A stretch of DNA of 64,000 bases from Ranitomeya imitator (Eukaryota), in NCBI RefSeq assembly GCF_032444005.1, contig NC_091287.1, positions 46,872,001 to 46,936,000 of the forward strand. The letters are read 5' to 3'. The translations under genes were made by a program, and so were the position numbers. Shown here piece after piece: positions 1 to 13,275 of this stretch. Below the pieces are notes generated by a model. That model did no database searches and was not told where the DNA came from. It worked only from the letters and a program-made list of their open reading frames with translations. The number at the start of each line of letters is the position of its first letter. Within the stretch, counting starts at the first letter, position 1.

Positions 1-133
1 TGATGACGTGTTGGCTTAGGGTGTTTGGAGAAAAAAATTGAGAGGGGGGCCTGTTCGGAGAACACAGAGGAGTTTCAAGCCACACATAGAGTTAATTAAT
101 TTGAAGACCTGTTTGTAAAAATATTTGTAATAG

Positions 134-225
134 GTTACATAGTTACATAGTTATTAAGGTTGAAGGAAGACTATAAGTCCATCTAGTTCAACCCATAGCC
201 TAACCTAACATGCCCTAACATGTTG
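134..225 (-). mobile_element. CR1 LINE 3' end fragment with (ACATAGTT)n tail
   Basis: Plus-strand ttacatagttacatagttattaaggttgaaggaagac...: the reverse complement of a CR1 3' UTR and microsatellite tail, similar to the other CR1 ends in the window. Confidence 0.75.
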
Positions 226-755
226 CAGTCCCACCAAATATGTAAGAAGGTTCTCTTGGCTGAATTGCATCTCCAGCACACATTGTTGTGGGACAGCACA
301 TTTATATTAGTTTAATCTAAGTCAGATATCACCTGGAGAGTATTTTATAAGAACCTACTCGTAAATGTATGCAGCGAGAGGTGGCTTTTTCGGCCCTTGG
401 ACAAATGTTTGATTTGTAGGAGTGATAAAGTGTAGGTAAAAGGGTTGTCCCATTTAAGAAAATCTTGGTATCGGGGTTAATTTTTTTAAATTAAAATACA
501 AACCTCACTTTATTTGAGGTCCTCAGGTCCAGCAATGATGCCACTGTTTCTGATGTTTGGTACTGGATATCGTGTTGAAGTCATGTCAAAAGTGCAGCAG
601 CCAGTCTGTGAGCTCAGCAGTATTGAGCGGGGGGGGGGGCTTTCCATCTACACGGGCAAAGTCCCCAAGCTCACTGATTGGCTGCCATGATGCTGACTTG
701 ATAACAGCACCGCATCTAATTATGGACACCAGGAGCAGGGGCTGAGGTCAGATGA

Positions 756-2200
756 CTAAAGCTTGTTTGTTTGTTTTATATAAAGTGCATTCAAGATTTT
801 CTGAAAGGGGGCAACCTCTTTAGGATCTTGTTCCCATTTTGGCAAAGTGAGGGACCCTATGGGTGGAGAGAGAGAGGCTGTTTGTTTATTTATCAGAGAA
901 ATGAGTGTTCTAGGGGTCTTCTTTTCAGCCCAGAGCTTCCCAGGCAAGGGGAAATCCCTGGGTGGTTTGATGGTTAGGGATAGCTGACCGTAGCTTTAAG
1001 AAGATGAGCATATTGCATAATAGTTAAGGTGGAACAGTTTAATGTTGGCTGTTTTGAAGAAAATGAGTGGAAAGTATCATCGGGTTCTAACAGGTCCTTG
1101 TAAGGTACAATTTCTAATACTAGATGAGAGTGTTTTATAACCTTTTTCTACTGGAAATTGGCAATTTCGTGTTTGCTTTACTTGAATGGGAAAGAGAAAG
1201 CAGTGATTTCTCCTGCTCCAAATCCCTAACTTTGTGTAAAGGTACCTTCACACTATACGATATCGCTAGCGATCCGTGACGTTGCAGCGTCCTGGCTAGC
1301 GATATCGTTCAGTTTGACACGCAGCAGCGATCAGAATCCTGCTGTGATATCGCTGGTCGGGGCAGAAAGGCCAGAACTTTCTTTGGTCGCTGGATCTCCC
1401 GCTGACATCGCTGAATCGGCGTGTGTGACACCGATTCAGCGATGTCTTCGCTGGTAACCAGGGTAAATATCGGGTTACTAAGCACAGGGCCGCGCTTAGT
1501 AACCCGATGTTTACCCTGGTTACCATCCTAAAAGTAAAAAAAACAAACGCTTCATACTTACCTTCCGCTGTCTGTCCCCGGCGCTCTGCTTTCCTGTACT
1601 CACTGTGAGCACAGCGGCCGGAAAGCAGAGCGGTGACGTCACCGCTCTGCTTTCCGGCCGCTGTGCTCACAGCCAGTACAGAGAAGCACAGCGCCGGGGA
1701 CAGACAGCGGAAGGTAAGTATGAAGCGTTTGTTTTTTTTACTTTTAGGATGGTAACCAGGGTAAACATCGGGTTACTAAGCGCGGCCCTGCGCTTAGTAA
1801 CCCGATGTTTACCCTGGTTACCGGCATTGTTGGTCGCTGGAGGGCGGTCTGTGTGACAGCTCTCCAGCGACCAAACAGCGACGCTGCAGCGATCCGGATC
1901 ATTGTCTGGATCGCTGCAGCGTCGTTTAGTGTGAAGGTACCTTAAGCCAAAAGGCTGTGTTCAGCTGACAGTATATTTCGTATTGTGAGTCCTTGAGAAA
2001 TAATTGTTGGGGGAGATAAGGATCCGGCATAACCAATTTCAGACTGCTGATTCTTTTGTTCTCCTTGAGATAAGATGCTACCAGGGATGTCTGTCTATGG
2101 CTTTCAGAGAATTCAGGAGCAGTCAGCAGAGAGAGAACTCCTGTGTATGTAGGAGGCAAGCAAAATAGCTGTCGCCAGAACAAACTATCGTTTGGCTGAG
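756..2200 (-). mobile_element. Possible degraded L1/Tx1-type ORF2 C-terminal remnant, interrupted by a MITE
   Basis: Broken - strand peptides (LTLPKWEQD..., YCQLNTAFWL|YTKL) resemble the C-terminal part of non-mammalian L1 ORF2. Weak evidence. Confidence 0.3.
1240..1942. mobile_element. PIF/Harbinger-type palindromic MITE (family 1), copy 1
   Basis: TIR AGGTACCTTCACAC.../...GTGTGAAGGTACCT, TSD TAA/TAA, internal nested hairpins. Confidence 0.85.
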
Positions 2201-3473
2201 AGCTATCTAGAGTTTAGGCTGGGTTCACACTGCGTTAATGTGACCCGTTAAATGGACTATGTTACACCGTGGCATAACGCGATGTAACGTAGTCCGTTAA
2301 TGCCGCCATTACTTTCTATGGAGGACGCATCGCTAGCGCACGCCCACAATGAGGTAAATGTACATGGGGAAGGCAATAATGGAAATCTACTAATTGGAGT
2401 TTGCTACAAGCCTCCTAATATAGCTAAACAGGTAGCGGATGAAATGCTGCAACAAATTAAAAAGACAGTGAATAATATTAGGGTCATTATTATGGGGAAT
2501 TTTAACTATCCAGACATTTAATAAGACATGGAATGTTCTGGTTGTGCTAAAAGCTGCAAGTTCTTATCCCCAGTTCAAGACAATTACCTCTCTCATCTGC
2601 TAGATGAACCAACCAGGGGAGATAATCTGCTCGATCTGGTCCTGTCTAATAGACCAAATGCAATTTCAGATCTACAGGTCAGGGAGCATTTGGGATGCAG
2701 AGACCATAATATGGTAAGTTTCAAAGTACTTTTCAATCAAACATTCAAAAAGGGAAATGCAAATCTTGAAACCTTAGGAAAGCTTATTTCAACAAATTAA
2801 GGGAAGAGCTTAATTGTGTAGACTGGGACCATGTTATGGTAACTGGGGATAATGACCATAAATGGGGCATGTTTAAGGATATATTACTAGAATCATCTAG
2901 AAAATTTACACCTTCAGGCAATAAAATGTCCCGAAATAAAAAGGAACCATTTTGGATAAATAAGACAGAACAAAGTTTAATAAGATTAAAACAAAGCACA
3001 TTCAAAATCTTGCAGTCCGACAATACAGAATTAGCATTTCAGGAGTATATAGATCTCAATAACAAATGTAAAAAAAGAAAACAAGCTAGCTAACTTATCA
3101 ACAGAGAAACAAAATTGCCAGCAACATTAAGTAATCCACAAAAATTAGATAAATACCTCAATGTGAAAAAGAAAAAAAATATGATATCAGCCTCTTAAAA
3201 TACAACAATAAGATAATTATAGAGGACAAAGAAAAGGCTGAGATATTAGATATGCACTTTGCATCCATGTTCACCAATGAACTGACTGTTCCAGGGATCA
3301 TTCAAGAAGGCAAAAAAGGTCACCATCTGATATAACTAATTTAACACAAGAAGTTCGCCTGCGTCTGAGAAAAATAAAACATTGACAAATCCCCAAACCC
3401 TGATGGCATTCATCCACAGATATTAAGGGAATTGAGCTCAGTAATTGACAGACCGCTGTATCTTATATTCTTA

Positions 3474-4187
3474 AGGTACCGTCACACTAGACGATATCGC
3501 TAGCGATCCGTGACGTTGCAGCGTCCTCGCTAGCGATATCGTCCAGTGTGACAGGCAGCAGCGATCAGGCCCCTGCTGTGCTGTCGCTGGTCGGGGAAGA
3601 AAGTCCAGAACTTTATTTGGTCGCTGGACTCCCCGCAGACATCGCTGAATTGGCGTGTGTGACACCGATTCAGCGATGTCTTCGCTGGTAACCAGGGTAA
3701 ACATCGGGTTACTAAGCGCAGGGCCGCGCTTAGTAACCCGATGTTTACCCTGGTTACCATCGTTAAAGTAAAAAAAACAACCACTACATACTTACCTACC
3801 GCTGTCTGTCCTCGGCGCTCTGCTTCTCTGGTCTGGCTGTGAGCACAGCGGCCGGAAAGCAGAGCGGTGACGTCACTGCTCTGCTTTCCGGCTGCCCGGC
3901 GCTCACAGCCAGACCAGAGAAGCAGAGCGCCGAGGACAGACAGCGGTAGGTAAGTATGCAGCGTTTGTTTTTTTACTTTTTAGGATGGTAACCAGGGTAA
4001 ACATCGGGTTACTAAGTGCGGCCCTGCGCTTAGTAACCCGATGTTTACCCTGGTTACCGGGGACCTCGGGATCGTTGGTCTCTGGAGAGCTGTCTGTGTG
4101 ACAGCTCTCCAGCGACCAAACAGCGACGCTGCAGCGATCCGGATCGTTGTCGGTATCGCTGCAGTGTCGCTTAGTGTGACGGTACCT
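3474..4187. mobile_element. Harbinger-type palindromic MITE (family 1), copy 2, inserted in the old CR1
   Basis: TIR AGGTACCGTCACAC/GTGTGACGGTACCT. Left TSD TTA; the right 3-nt spacer is degenerate (ATC). The CR1 frame (LYLIFL|DSLVIG) is interrupted here. Confidence 0.85.
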
Positions 4188-4509
4188 ATCGACTCTCTTG
4201 TAATAGGGTTGGTGCCACAGGATTGGAGGATGGCTTCCGTGGTACCGATATATAAGAAAGGGATGATGGTGGATCCAGGCAACTACCATCCGGTAAGTCT
4301 GACATCAGTAGTGTGCAAAGTTTTTGAGCGCTTTATAAGAGATGACCTGCAGAGATATATTGTAGATAATAATATAACTGACAATCATACATAGATAACA
4401 TAGAAAACATAGTTAGTAAGGCCAAAAAAAGGCATTTGTCCATCCAGTTCAGCCTATATTCCATCATAATAAATCCCCAGATCTACGTCCTTCTACAGAC
4501 CTAATAATT

Positions 4510-7500
4510 TAAAGGAGGAGTGTGGAAACCACACGGAAAAACGACCAAAATAGGGTATAATACTACTATGAAAAAGTCTTTATTGATACAAAAATGCATA
4601 AATATAAGTACAGTAAAAGAGAACATATAAACAGATCCCTGGACTACAGTGGTACAAGCAGAAGAAGTGGTGGCGACCGCTGGAACAGATCGCCACTGTA
4701 CAAAAGAGGACGCACAGACCGGAAACCCAGATAAAATGGTATAAATATATACTGGTAACTAGACCCATAGAATAACTAACCGTCTGGATGGTAAATATAT
4801 AGAGCAACTGCCTAACAAATGAGCAGCATATGCAGCAAATAAGGTCACACCTGAGACTATATACCACAGTGGGTTATTTATAATGCTACATTAAATAGTA
4901 CATAAATGCAGAACCTGCACACAACAAAGCAAAAAAGCAACCCATGTAACAGATGAAGTCAGAAATAAGACTATAAGCCACCCTGGGTTATTGTAATCCT
5001 ACATGGATTAAGCAGGGCCACAGTAGCAGTGTTGCTAAAAAACTCACCGGCAGAGCCGTATATGGGAAAAGTCACCCTATAAGAGACAATGTGTGAGCAC
5101 CCTTACGTAAACATGATCATGGAGCTAATAGCTGCATGTCGGAGGTATAACCAGGCAAAGCTGCCATGAACGCAGCTAATAATTACCTGAACGTGGGGGC
5201 ATACCAAGTGGCCGGGTCCGGTGTGCACGTCCGCCCGACGCGCGTTTCGGAGCAGAAGCTCCTTCGTCAGGGGGCGTGCCGGCTGGTGTGGATGACGGGG
5301 TTTATGTACCGGCAGAGTAGTTGATCACTAGAGCGGACGCCGGAAGTGACGCAGGCGCTACCATGGATACTGGAGACGCCAGGTGGCGGCGGCGTCATGC
5401 ACGGGTGTCACCATAGTGACCATCCCTGCATAATGACGCCGCAAGCCGCCGGGGGCCGCCGACCCAGGTGCGCATGCGTACAGGCGGCGCTCTAGTGATG
5501 AAAGCAGGCAAATAAGAGATGGCGGTAGGTAACCTCCCATCAAAAGGAATGAATGAAAGAGGCCAGAAACTGATTCAAAAAAGTGGGGAGGAAGGGGAGG
5601 GAAGGGGAGGGCTTAATAGCATGTTAAGTTACCGTAACCGTCAAACATGGGGTAAGTTATGTATATAAAGCTTATATTACCCCTGATCGTATATGATCCG
5701 CAGTATATAATCCAAAAGCAATTTTTTAAGGTCACTCAGACCAGATCTACGCGACATCTCCAACAAGTTAACGATATAACATGCCTATCGCCCCGGGTAA
5801 TGCTGTACACAAACTAAAATAAAATAAACAAAAAAATATAAACAAAAAATAAAAAATACATATGGACCCCACAAAAGTTAGAGTACATTACAACTCAATA
5901 CATAAAGAGACAAACATAAAGCAAAAAAACAAATAACAAAAAAATATATAATAAAATAGATGTATGCAACACATTCTTCTGATCTCCATCTCCGTGTATC
6001 TTCTATCGACTCCAGAGGAGGAAAAACTTGGATGCCATCATCATGTCACATCAACATAGCTGGACAGAAAGAATATCTAAGAATATAACAATAAAAAATT
6101 AGTAAAAACAAATACAAGGCGACCTATCCAGAAAAACACCACCACTCGCACCAAACAGGATCACAGAAAAGGAGCAAAACTGATGGTTTCATTTAATCCA
6201 TGGGGGTGGACAGTATTTAGGGTCCACATCCACCTTGATTCGAGCTGTGCCAATCTCTGGGATATATTACCCCCCCCCTAATGCCCAGTTCTATCATATC
6301 AATTCCTTTTACTTTCAGGCCGCTACTCTCACAATTATGGTGTGACTTGAAGTGCCTCGGAATCGTTTTTAACAAGTTGGGGTCCATAACACGTGCCGCT
6401 GCTTCGATCCCAAGGACATGTTCGCGTACCCTCGTTTTTAGCTGCCTAGTTGTGAGTCCCACATAAATTAGTGGGCAGGGGCATACCGCATAATAAATTA
6501 CGTTTCTCGATGTACACGTAATGGCCTTTGTGATCTTAAAGCTTTTAAGTCCTGAAGAATCTACAAAAGTGTCATCCCTAGCGATGTTGCAACATGCCAC
6601 ACATCTGCCACAAGTGCGACAACCCCCCCTAGGTTTATTACGTGGATCGTTTAGAAATGTCCTGGGAGAATTATCTACGTAGTGGCTACGCACTAGGTGG
6701 TCACGTATATTCTTGGACCTCCTAAAGGTGATGGATGGACGACTGGGTAAAAATTTGGCCAATGTTACGTCTGTTCTAAGAATCGGCCAGGCCCGTTCCA
6801 GAGCGTTTCTAATTTCTCCTGCTCTTGAGTTGTAATTGGTAATGAACCGGACAACTTCGGAATCACTGCCTTCCGTACGGTTAGCATATAGCAGTGAGTG
6901 TCTATTACTATATTTCGCTCTAAAATAAGCTCTTTTAATGGCCCGACTACTATAGCCCCTGTCTTTAAAATGGCATTTAAGATCTTTGGCCTGGATTTCA
7001 AACTCCGAGTCGGTGGAACATAACCGTCGTATGCGTAAGAACTGTCCAATGGGGACAGCCCGTACCATATGGGTCGGATGAGAGGAGGACGAGTGGAGCA
7101 GCATATTAGTAGCAGTTGGCTTTCTATATATTGTTGTTTGTATTGTATCCGTGCAGTCTCTCTTAAGAGTCACATCAAGGAATTCAATGCTTGATCTATT
7201 ACATGTGGCTGTGAGTCTGATGTTCAGAGGGTTGTCATTTAAAGTGGTCACAAATTGCATGAAGGACTCGCTACTACCCTGCCAGATGACAAGAATGTCA
7301 TCTATGTAGCGCACCCAAAGAAGGGCGCGCTCCATAGATGACAGTCCATCTGACCGTAGGAGGTCCCTTTCCCACAGCCCCAGGAACAGGTTTGCATATG
7401 AGGGCACATAAGCCGCCCCCATTGCTGTTCCCTGGAGCTGTAGGAAATAGGACCCCCTAAACGTAAAAAAGTTGTGGGTGAGGGCGAAATTGAGGACTTC

Positions 7501-7747
7501 TAAAAGGAACGCAACAAAATCCGGGGACCAATTGGATGTGGACAAGAAGAATTGAGCAGCTGCCAAACCATCACTATGGCGTATGCTCGTATACAAGGAT
7601 TCCACATCCATGGCCCCCATGACTGTGTCCGTCCCCAACTTCAGGTCATCAACCCTACGTAATAGCTGGTTCGTGTCCTTCAAGAAAGAAGGGAGTTCTT
7701 CCACAAGCGGTTGAAGGATCGAATCGATCCATTTATTTATCTGTTCT
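4510..7747 (-). mobile_element. Penelope-like retroelement (Neptune-type; RT, Cys-rich linker, GIY-YIG), 5'-truncated
   Basis: ORF 7704-6217 contains MDVESLYTSI, QGTAMG, WVRYIDD, CRTCGRCVAC and VIY...IYVG...RVREH. After a homopolymer frameshift at ~6270 it continues ...WMWTLNTVHPHGLNETISFAPFL* (stop 6161-6163). 13-nt TSD AGACCTAATAATT at 4497-4509 and 7748-7760. Confidence 0.92.
5225..5279 (-). ncRNA. Minimal type I hammerhead ribozyme in the Penelope pseudo-LTR
   Basis: The - strand reads GCACGCCCC-CUGACGA-A-GGAGC(UUCU)GCUCC-GAAAC-GCGC-GUC-GGGCGGACGUGC: both core boxes, a 5-bp stem II, a self-complementary ACGCGCGU stem III and a GUC cleavage triplet. Confidence 0.85.
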
Positions 7748-9668
7748 AGACCTAATAATTGTATGATACAATATTGTTCTGCTCCAGGAAGACATCCAGG
7801 CCTCTCTTGAACCCCTCGACTGAGTTCGCCATCACCACCTCCTCAGGCAAGCAATTCCAGATTCTCACTGCCCTAACAGTAAAGAATCCTCTTCTATGTT
7901 GGTGGAAAAACCTTCTCTCCTCCAGACGCAAAGAATGCCCCTTGTGCCCGTCACCTTCCTTGGTATAAACAGATCCTCAGCGAGATATTTGTATTGTCCC
8001 CTTATATACTTATATATGGTTATTAGATCGCCCCTCAGTCGTCTTTTTTCTAGACTAAATAATCCTAATTTCGCTAATCTATCTGGGTATTGTAGTTCTC
8101 CCATCCCCTTTATTAATTTTGTTGCCCTCCTTTGTACTCTCTCTAGTTTCATTATATCCTTCCTGAGCACCGGTGCCCAAAACTGAACACAGTACTCCAT
8201 GTGCGGTCTAACTAGGGATTTGTACAGAGACAGTATAATGCTCTCATCATGTGTATCCAGACCTCTTTTAATGCACCTCATGATCCTGTTTGTCTTGGCA
8301 GCTGCTGCCTGGCACTGGCTGCTCCAGGTAAGTTTATCATTAACTAGGATCCCCAAGTCCTTCTCCCTGTCAGATTTACCCAGTGGTTTCCGGTTCAGTG
8401 TTTAATGGTGATATTGATTCCTTCTTCCCATGTGTATAACCTTACATTTATCATTGTTAAACCTCATCTGCCACCTTTCAGCCCAAGTATCCAACTTATC
8501 CAGATCCTTCTGTAGCAGAATACTATCTTCTCTTGTATTAACTGCTTTACATAGTTTTGTATCATTTGCAAATATTGATATTTTACTGTGTAAACCTTCT
8601 ACCAGATCATTAATGAATATGTTGAAGAGAACAGGTCCCAATACCGACCCCTGCGGTACCCCACTGGTCACAGCGACCCAGTTAGAGACTATACCATTTA
8701 TAACCACCCTCTGCTTTCTATCACTAAGCCAGTTACTAACCCATTTACACACATTTTCCCCCAGACCAAGCATTCTCATTTTGTGTACCAACCTCTTGTG
8801 CGGCACGGTATCAAACGCTTTGGAAAAATCGAGATATACCACGTCCAATGACTCACCGTGGTCCAGCCTATAGCTTACCTCTTCATAAAAACTGATTAGA
8901 TTGGTTTGACAGGAGCGATTTCTCATAAACCCATGCTGATATGGAGTTAAACAGTTATTCTCATTGAGATAATCCAGAATAACATCCCTCAGAAACCCTT
9001 CAAATATTTTACCAACAATAGAGGTTAGACTTACTGGCCTATAATTTCCAGGTTCACTTTTAGGGCCCTTTTTGAATATTGGCACCACATTTGCTATGCG
9101 CCAGTCCTGCGGAACAGACCCCATCGCTATAGAGTCCCTAAAAATAAGAAATAATGGTTTATCTATTACATTACTTAGTTCTCTTAATCAGCACGGGTTC
9201 ATGAAGAATAAGTCGTGTCTAGCCAACATGTTGCGTTTCCATGAGGAGGTAAGTGTAAATCTGGATGTTGTTAATGCTGCTGATGTGATTTATCTGGACT
9301 TTGAAAAGGCATTTGATTCTGTACCACATAGTCTTATACTGAAGCTAAAGAAGCAAGGACTGGGGGAAACTATTTGCAGATGGGTAAGGAATTGCCTAAA
9401 TTACAGAAAACAAAGAGTTGTCATAATGGTATGTTCTCCAAATGGGATATAGTCAGCAATGTGTTACCACAGGGATCTGTACTAGGACCGATTCATTTTA
9501 ACCTCTTTATTAATGACCTTGTGGATGGGATTGTAAGTAAAGTGTCAGTCTTTGCTGGCAATATGAAACCATCTAGGATACTAAAATCTGACCTTTACAT
9601 TACACATTACAATATTGCAAAATGATCTGGATAAGATGTCTGAATGGGCAAACACTTGGCAAATAAGG

Positions 9669-10195
9669 TGTCACGGGGTCCTTCTCCGGTACCACACAAT
9701 CAACAGGGCCAGCGAAGAGTGAACAATCCCAAGACCTTTATTTAGGCAAAAATATGAAAGGTCCATATACGATCCATCACACAAAGAATAAAATAGTCCA
9801 GAACACGAATGCAGTTCAGTAACAGAATAAAAGTCCAACAATCCAGCAGACAGAGGATAGCATAGTCCATATACTCTTCTTTCTCTCTGAGATGCTGTGA
9901 ACACATCATCATTCCACACAGGACTGATCTGTGTCTCACCTCCCTGATATTTACAAGTCCCTCTCCTCATTCACAGGTCAGGAGGGGGAAGGTCCCAGGG
10001 GTTCATTGTTTCAACAAGCTAGGTCAATATGTCATTAGCATATTAGCAAACAATACTGTGGGGGCTGATATCAGATGGCAGCAACAGCCATTCATCAATT
10101 AGCAAACAATTCATCCTACAAGAGAACACCATGAAAACAAGTAAAATAGAAATATACAGAAAAATGATACCCACATAGCATATCACACCATCACA
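9669..10195 (-). mobile_element. Solo LTR inserted in the old CR1
   Basis: TGT...ACA termini, TSD TAAGG/TGAGG (one mismatch), AATAAA on the - strand at 9737-9742. It interrupts the CR1 peptide TWQMRFN. Confidence 0.7.
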
Positions 10196-11434
10196 TGAGG
10201 TTTAATGAAGATAACTGTAGACTAATGCACCTGGGATGGAGTAATTCTATTGCTGCATAAACATTAAATGGGAGTATACTTGAGACTACAGAACAGGAGA
10301 ATGACTTGGGTAGTCTGGTTACAAGTTAACTGAGCAGTAGTACTCAATGTCAAGCAACAGCCACAAAAGCAAACAAGATTTTAGGGTGTATAAAAAGAGA
10401 TAAAATCCCATGATCCCAACGTATTGTTACCCCTTTATAAATCACTGGTGAGGCCACATCTAGAGTATGGGATCCAGTTTTGGGCTCCACATTTAAAAAA
10501 GGATATTCAGAAATTAGAGTCAGTTCAAATGCGGGCAGCTAGATTATTACAAGGGATGGAAAGCTCATATGATGAGAAAAGTTGGGCTTGTTTAGCTTAT
10601 AAATATATGTGTGGTCAGTACAAAGGACTGACACATGACTTACTCCTTCCAAGAACCATACTTAAGACCAGAGAGCACTCATTAAGGGGTGGAAGAAAGG
10701 CGATTCCGACAGCTAAATAGGAAAGTGTTCTTTATAGTTAAAGCAGTCAGAAGGTGGAATGCTGGACCACAAGAGGTAGTAACGGCAAACACTATAACAG
10801 CTTTTAAAAAAGCTGGATGATTTCCTCAATACACAAAACATTGCGTGTTACCGTTAATTTAGTGACAAAATGCGCAATTGGGGAAGAAAGGTTGAACTTG
10901 ATGGACCTAGGTCTTTGTTCAACCTATGTAACAATGTAACAGGCAGATGCTGGCTTTGTAACACAGTTGACTTCTCTCCTGACCTTGAATAATACGTGCG
11001 GACCCGTTTACTTTATTTTTTCATTCAGACTAACAAATTCTAGTTAATTTAAAAGTTCTAAAAATTAAAATGATATTTATGTTACTTTTAGATTTAATTA
11101 AATTTAATTTTAATTTTAATTACTTTAAACTTAATCTTATCAGGTTTGAATTAAATCTGAATTTCTGCAACAAAATATGTAATGCATATTGAATTGTCTA
11201 AAATTGAATTTGGCGAGGACAGATGCTAATATCTTAAGTAACATACTTTGGCATATTTGCATATGATAGGCGTCAAATTGGAAGCTTTCCAGTGGCCATT
11301 TTTATTAAACTACAACATTATGACAAATATTGAAATGTCAAAATTAATGAATAATTCTATTTATTGATTCTGCTTTAGCATCTGGTTCATTATTCTCCAT
11401 TAATGGAGGTGTTTTTAGAGGTGCCTACGTAGAC

Positions 11435-11440
11435 TATAAA
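11435..11440 (+). promoter_or_regulatory. Candidate TATA box upstream of PTCHD3 copy A
   Basis: TATAAA about 104 nt upstream of the ATG at 11544; motif match only. Confidence 0.3.
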
Positions 11441-11543
11441 TTAGAGTCTTACAGGTGTACTGAGCTTTTTACTGACTATCAGAACTATATTACCTTGGAC
11501 AACGGAGCACTGCATAGCATTGCTAGTGAATTAGTTTCATAAA

Positions 11544-12287
11544 ATGTGCACAGACCAACTTAATACAAGTGGGTGCCATGCTGACTGCTTAGAAAGGCCA
11601 CTTTCTAGGGGATTTCGCAAACTGGGAAAACTAATAGCCAGGAACCCGTGGTTTTTCATCATTATCCCTGTTATTTTATCAGTTGGGTTAGGAGCTGGGT
11701 TTTATTTCCTGGAAGAAAGAGAATTTAACAAGTTACAAGAGCTCTTCATTCCAGAAGGAGGCATCGCAAAAGGCCAGAGAGATTTTATCAAGAAACATTT
11801 CCCCATGAATGAATCAGGTCAATTTTCAGCACAGCGGCTATATACGGCGAGCAGATTTGCTTCCCTCATTATTGTAACCACGTCAAAGAATATCCTCAAT
11901 AGAAGCAACTTCAAGGAGCTAGTGAAGTTGGACACAGCTGTGAAAAACCTGACCTCAAAGTCTTATCTAAGATTTAGACAACTATGTGCTGAAGTCAATG
12001 ATCACTCCTGTCTCCCAGCCAACCCATTACTCGCCTCAATGAGTAATAGTACAGAAGAAATCCTAATAACGTACCCAATGCTATTTAATGGGGAGTACGT
12101 CGGACTGTACATTGGAGGAGTGACCCTTGGTCCTGGCAACCAGTTACAGAAAGCCCAGGCTCTACGCTTTTTATATTACTTGAAGGATGATGATGAAAAA
12201 ATCCAAAATATCAGCCTGGAATGGCTTGAGTACTTCATGGAGGTTGTTCCTCATGAAATAGAAAAATTGCAGCTGAAATCATTGAAG
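11544..12287 (+). CDS. PTCHD3: Patched domain-containing protein 3-like, copy A, coding exon 1 (248 codons)
   Basis: MCTDQLNTSGCHADCLERPLSRGFRKLGKLIARNPWFFIIIP...: the CHxDC/TM1 start and ectodomain 1 of PTCHD3. Ends at AAG|GTAAGC donor (12287/12288), phase 0. The ORF-track tail after 12287 is intronic. Confidence 0.92.
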
Positions 12288-13021
12288 GTAAGCTATGATA
12301 TTGTTGTATTTTGTGGGCTTTTTTCGATTTGATTTAGAATATCTCTCAGTATTGTAAATCACCTTATGAATTAGGAATATAGTAGAAAGCATACGTCGTT
12401 TTTTTTGTTACCTGTAAGTATATGTTCAGGAAGTATGTAAAAAAAACCACATGATCATGAGAGAGAAGGATCTTAATTGCAAATTTTACCCTATTCTTAG
12501 CATATGATTTAATTATTGCTGGGACCCCTAGAGCCCCATCTGCAGAGCAGCCTCATCTTAAATAAAGCAAATCTATGACTGATTGACCTCCATTCCAATA
12601 AATTTCTATGGGCCGGCAAGAGAAAGCCTAGTATAGGTCTCTACTATTTCCGGTAGTCCCATTGTTATGGAGTGGAAGTTGAGCATTGTCACATGTACTT
12701 GATTCAAAACTTCATTCTCAGGATCTTGCGCCTCATTACTGGGATACATGGGCATCCCAGTGGTTGAACTCCCATTGAGCGGCCAGTTGTCTCTTATCAT
12801 ATGGATAGTAAATAACTTACAATTGTGGGAACACCACTATAAATTTAGATGCCCACACCTATTGTTCAAAGGGATGACACTCAGCTGGAGGTGCCTGGTA
12901 GCAGCTTTCTCCCTAATAAAAACATATGGCTACTTTCAATTGTATTTGGAAGTTGGGAAGAGATAGCTGTTGTGTGCATATATTGCAAATATGAAAACAA
13001 TATTTTTTGCATGACATACAG

Positions 13022-13143
13022 GTTTATCATTCAACATCTATGTCTCTACAAAAAGAGTTTGAAGAAAGCACAGAAAGCATCATCCCGTTGTTCTCAATCA
13101 CATATGTTGTGACAATGTTGTTCTCTATACTATCTTGCATAAG
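13022..13143 (+). CDS. PTCHD3: PTCHD3-like copy A, coding exon 2 (122 nt)
   Basis: Found by eye. TACAG|GTT acceptor; encodes VYHSTSMSLQKEFEESTESIIPLFSITYVVTMLFSILSCI; AG|GTAAGT donor, phase 2. Same length and phase as copy B exon 2. Confidence 0.88.
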
Positions 13144-13275
13144 GTAAGTGAATTCTGGAACTCATGCTGAAGCTGATGACATTTTAACTGTCACTGAAAT
13201 CATATTCTCAAGGGAAGAGCTTGCAATGCAAGGTCACCCATGGTGAATGTATATAAATTCTTATATATTTATATA

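Larger units (their letters stand above)
4388..9185 (-). mobile_element. Young 5'-truncated CR1 LINE inserted in the old CR1 and itself split by the Penelope element (CR1 parts 4388-4509 and 7748-9185)
   Basis: Near-identical to the CR1 at 22103-24299. AATCA duplicated at 4383-4387 and 9186-9190. The RT motif reads FAND instead of FADD. Confidence 0.92.
2352..10940 (+). mobile_element. Old degraded CR1 LINE (endonuclease plus RT plus 3' tail), split by three independent insertions
   Basis: Fragments read LIGVCYKPPN, IMGNFNYPDI, PTRGDNLLDLVLSN, VPQDW...[48 protein letters not shown]; tail cctatgtaacaatgtaac. The frame resumes across each insertion. Confidence 0.88.

Noticed and set aside
1296-4394. 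Repeated 80-130-aa ORFs (MSTAAGKQSGDV..., RVNIGLLSAAL...)
   Set aside because: Chance frames in GC-rich palindromic MITE copies; they recur wherever the MITE does (e.g. 20914-21393).
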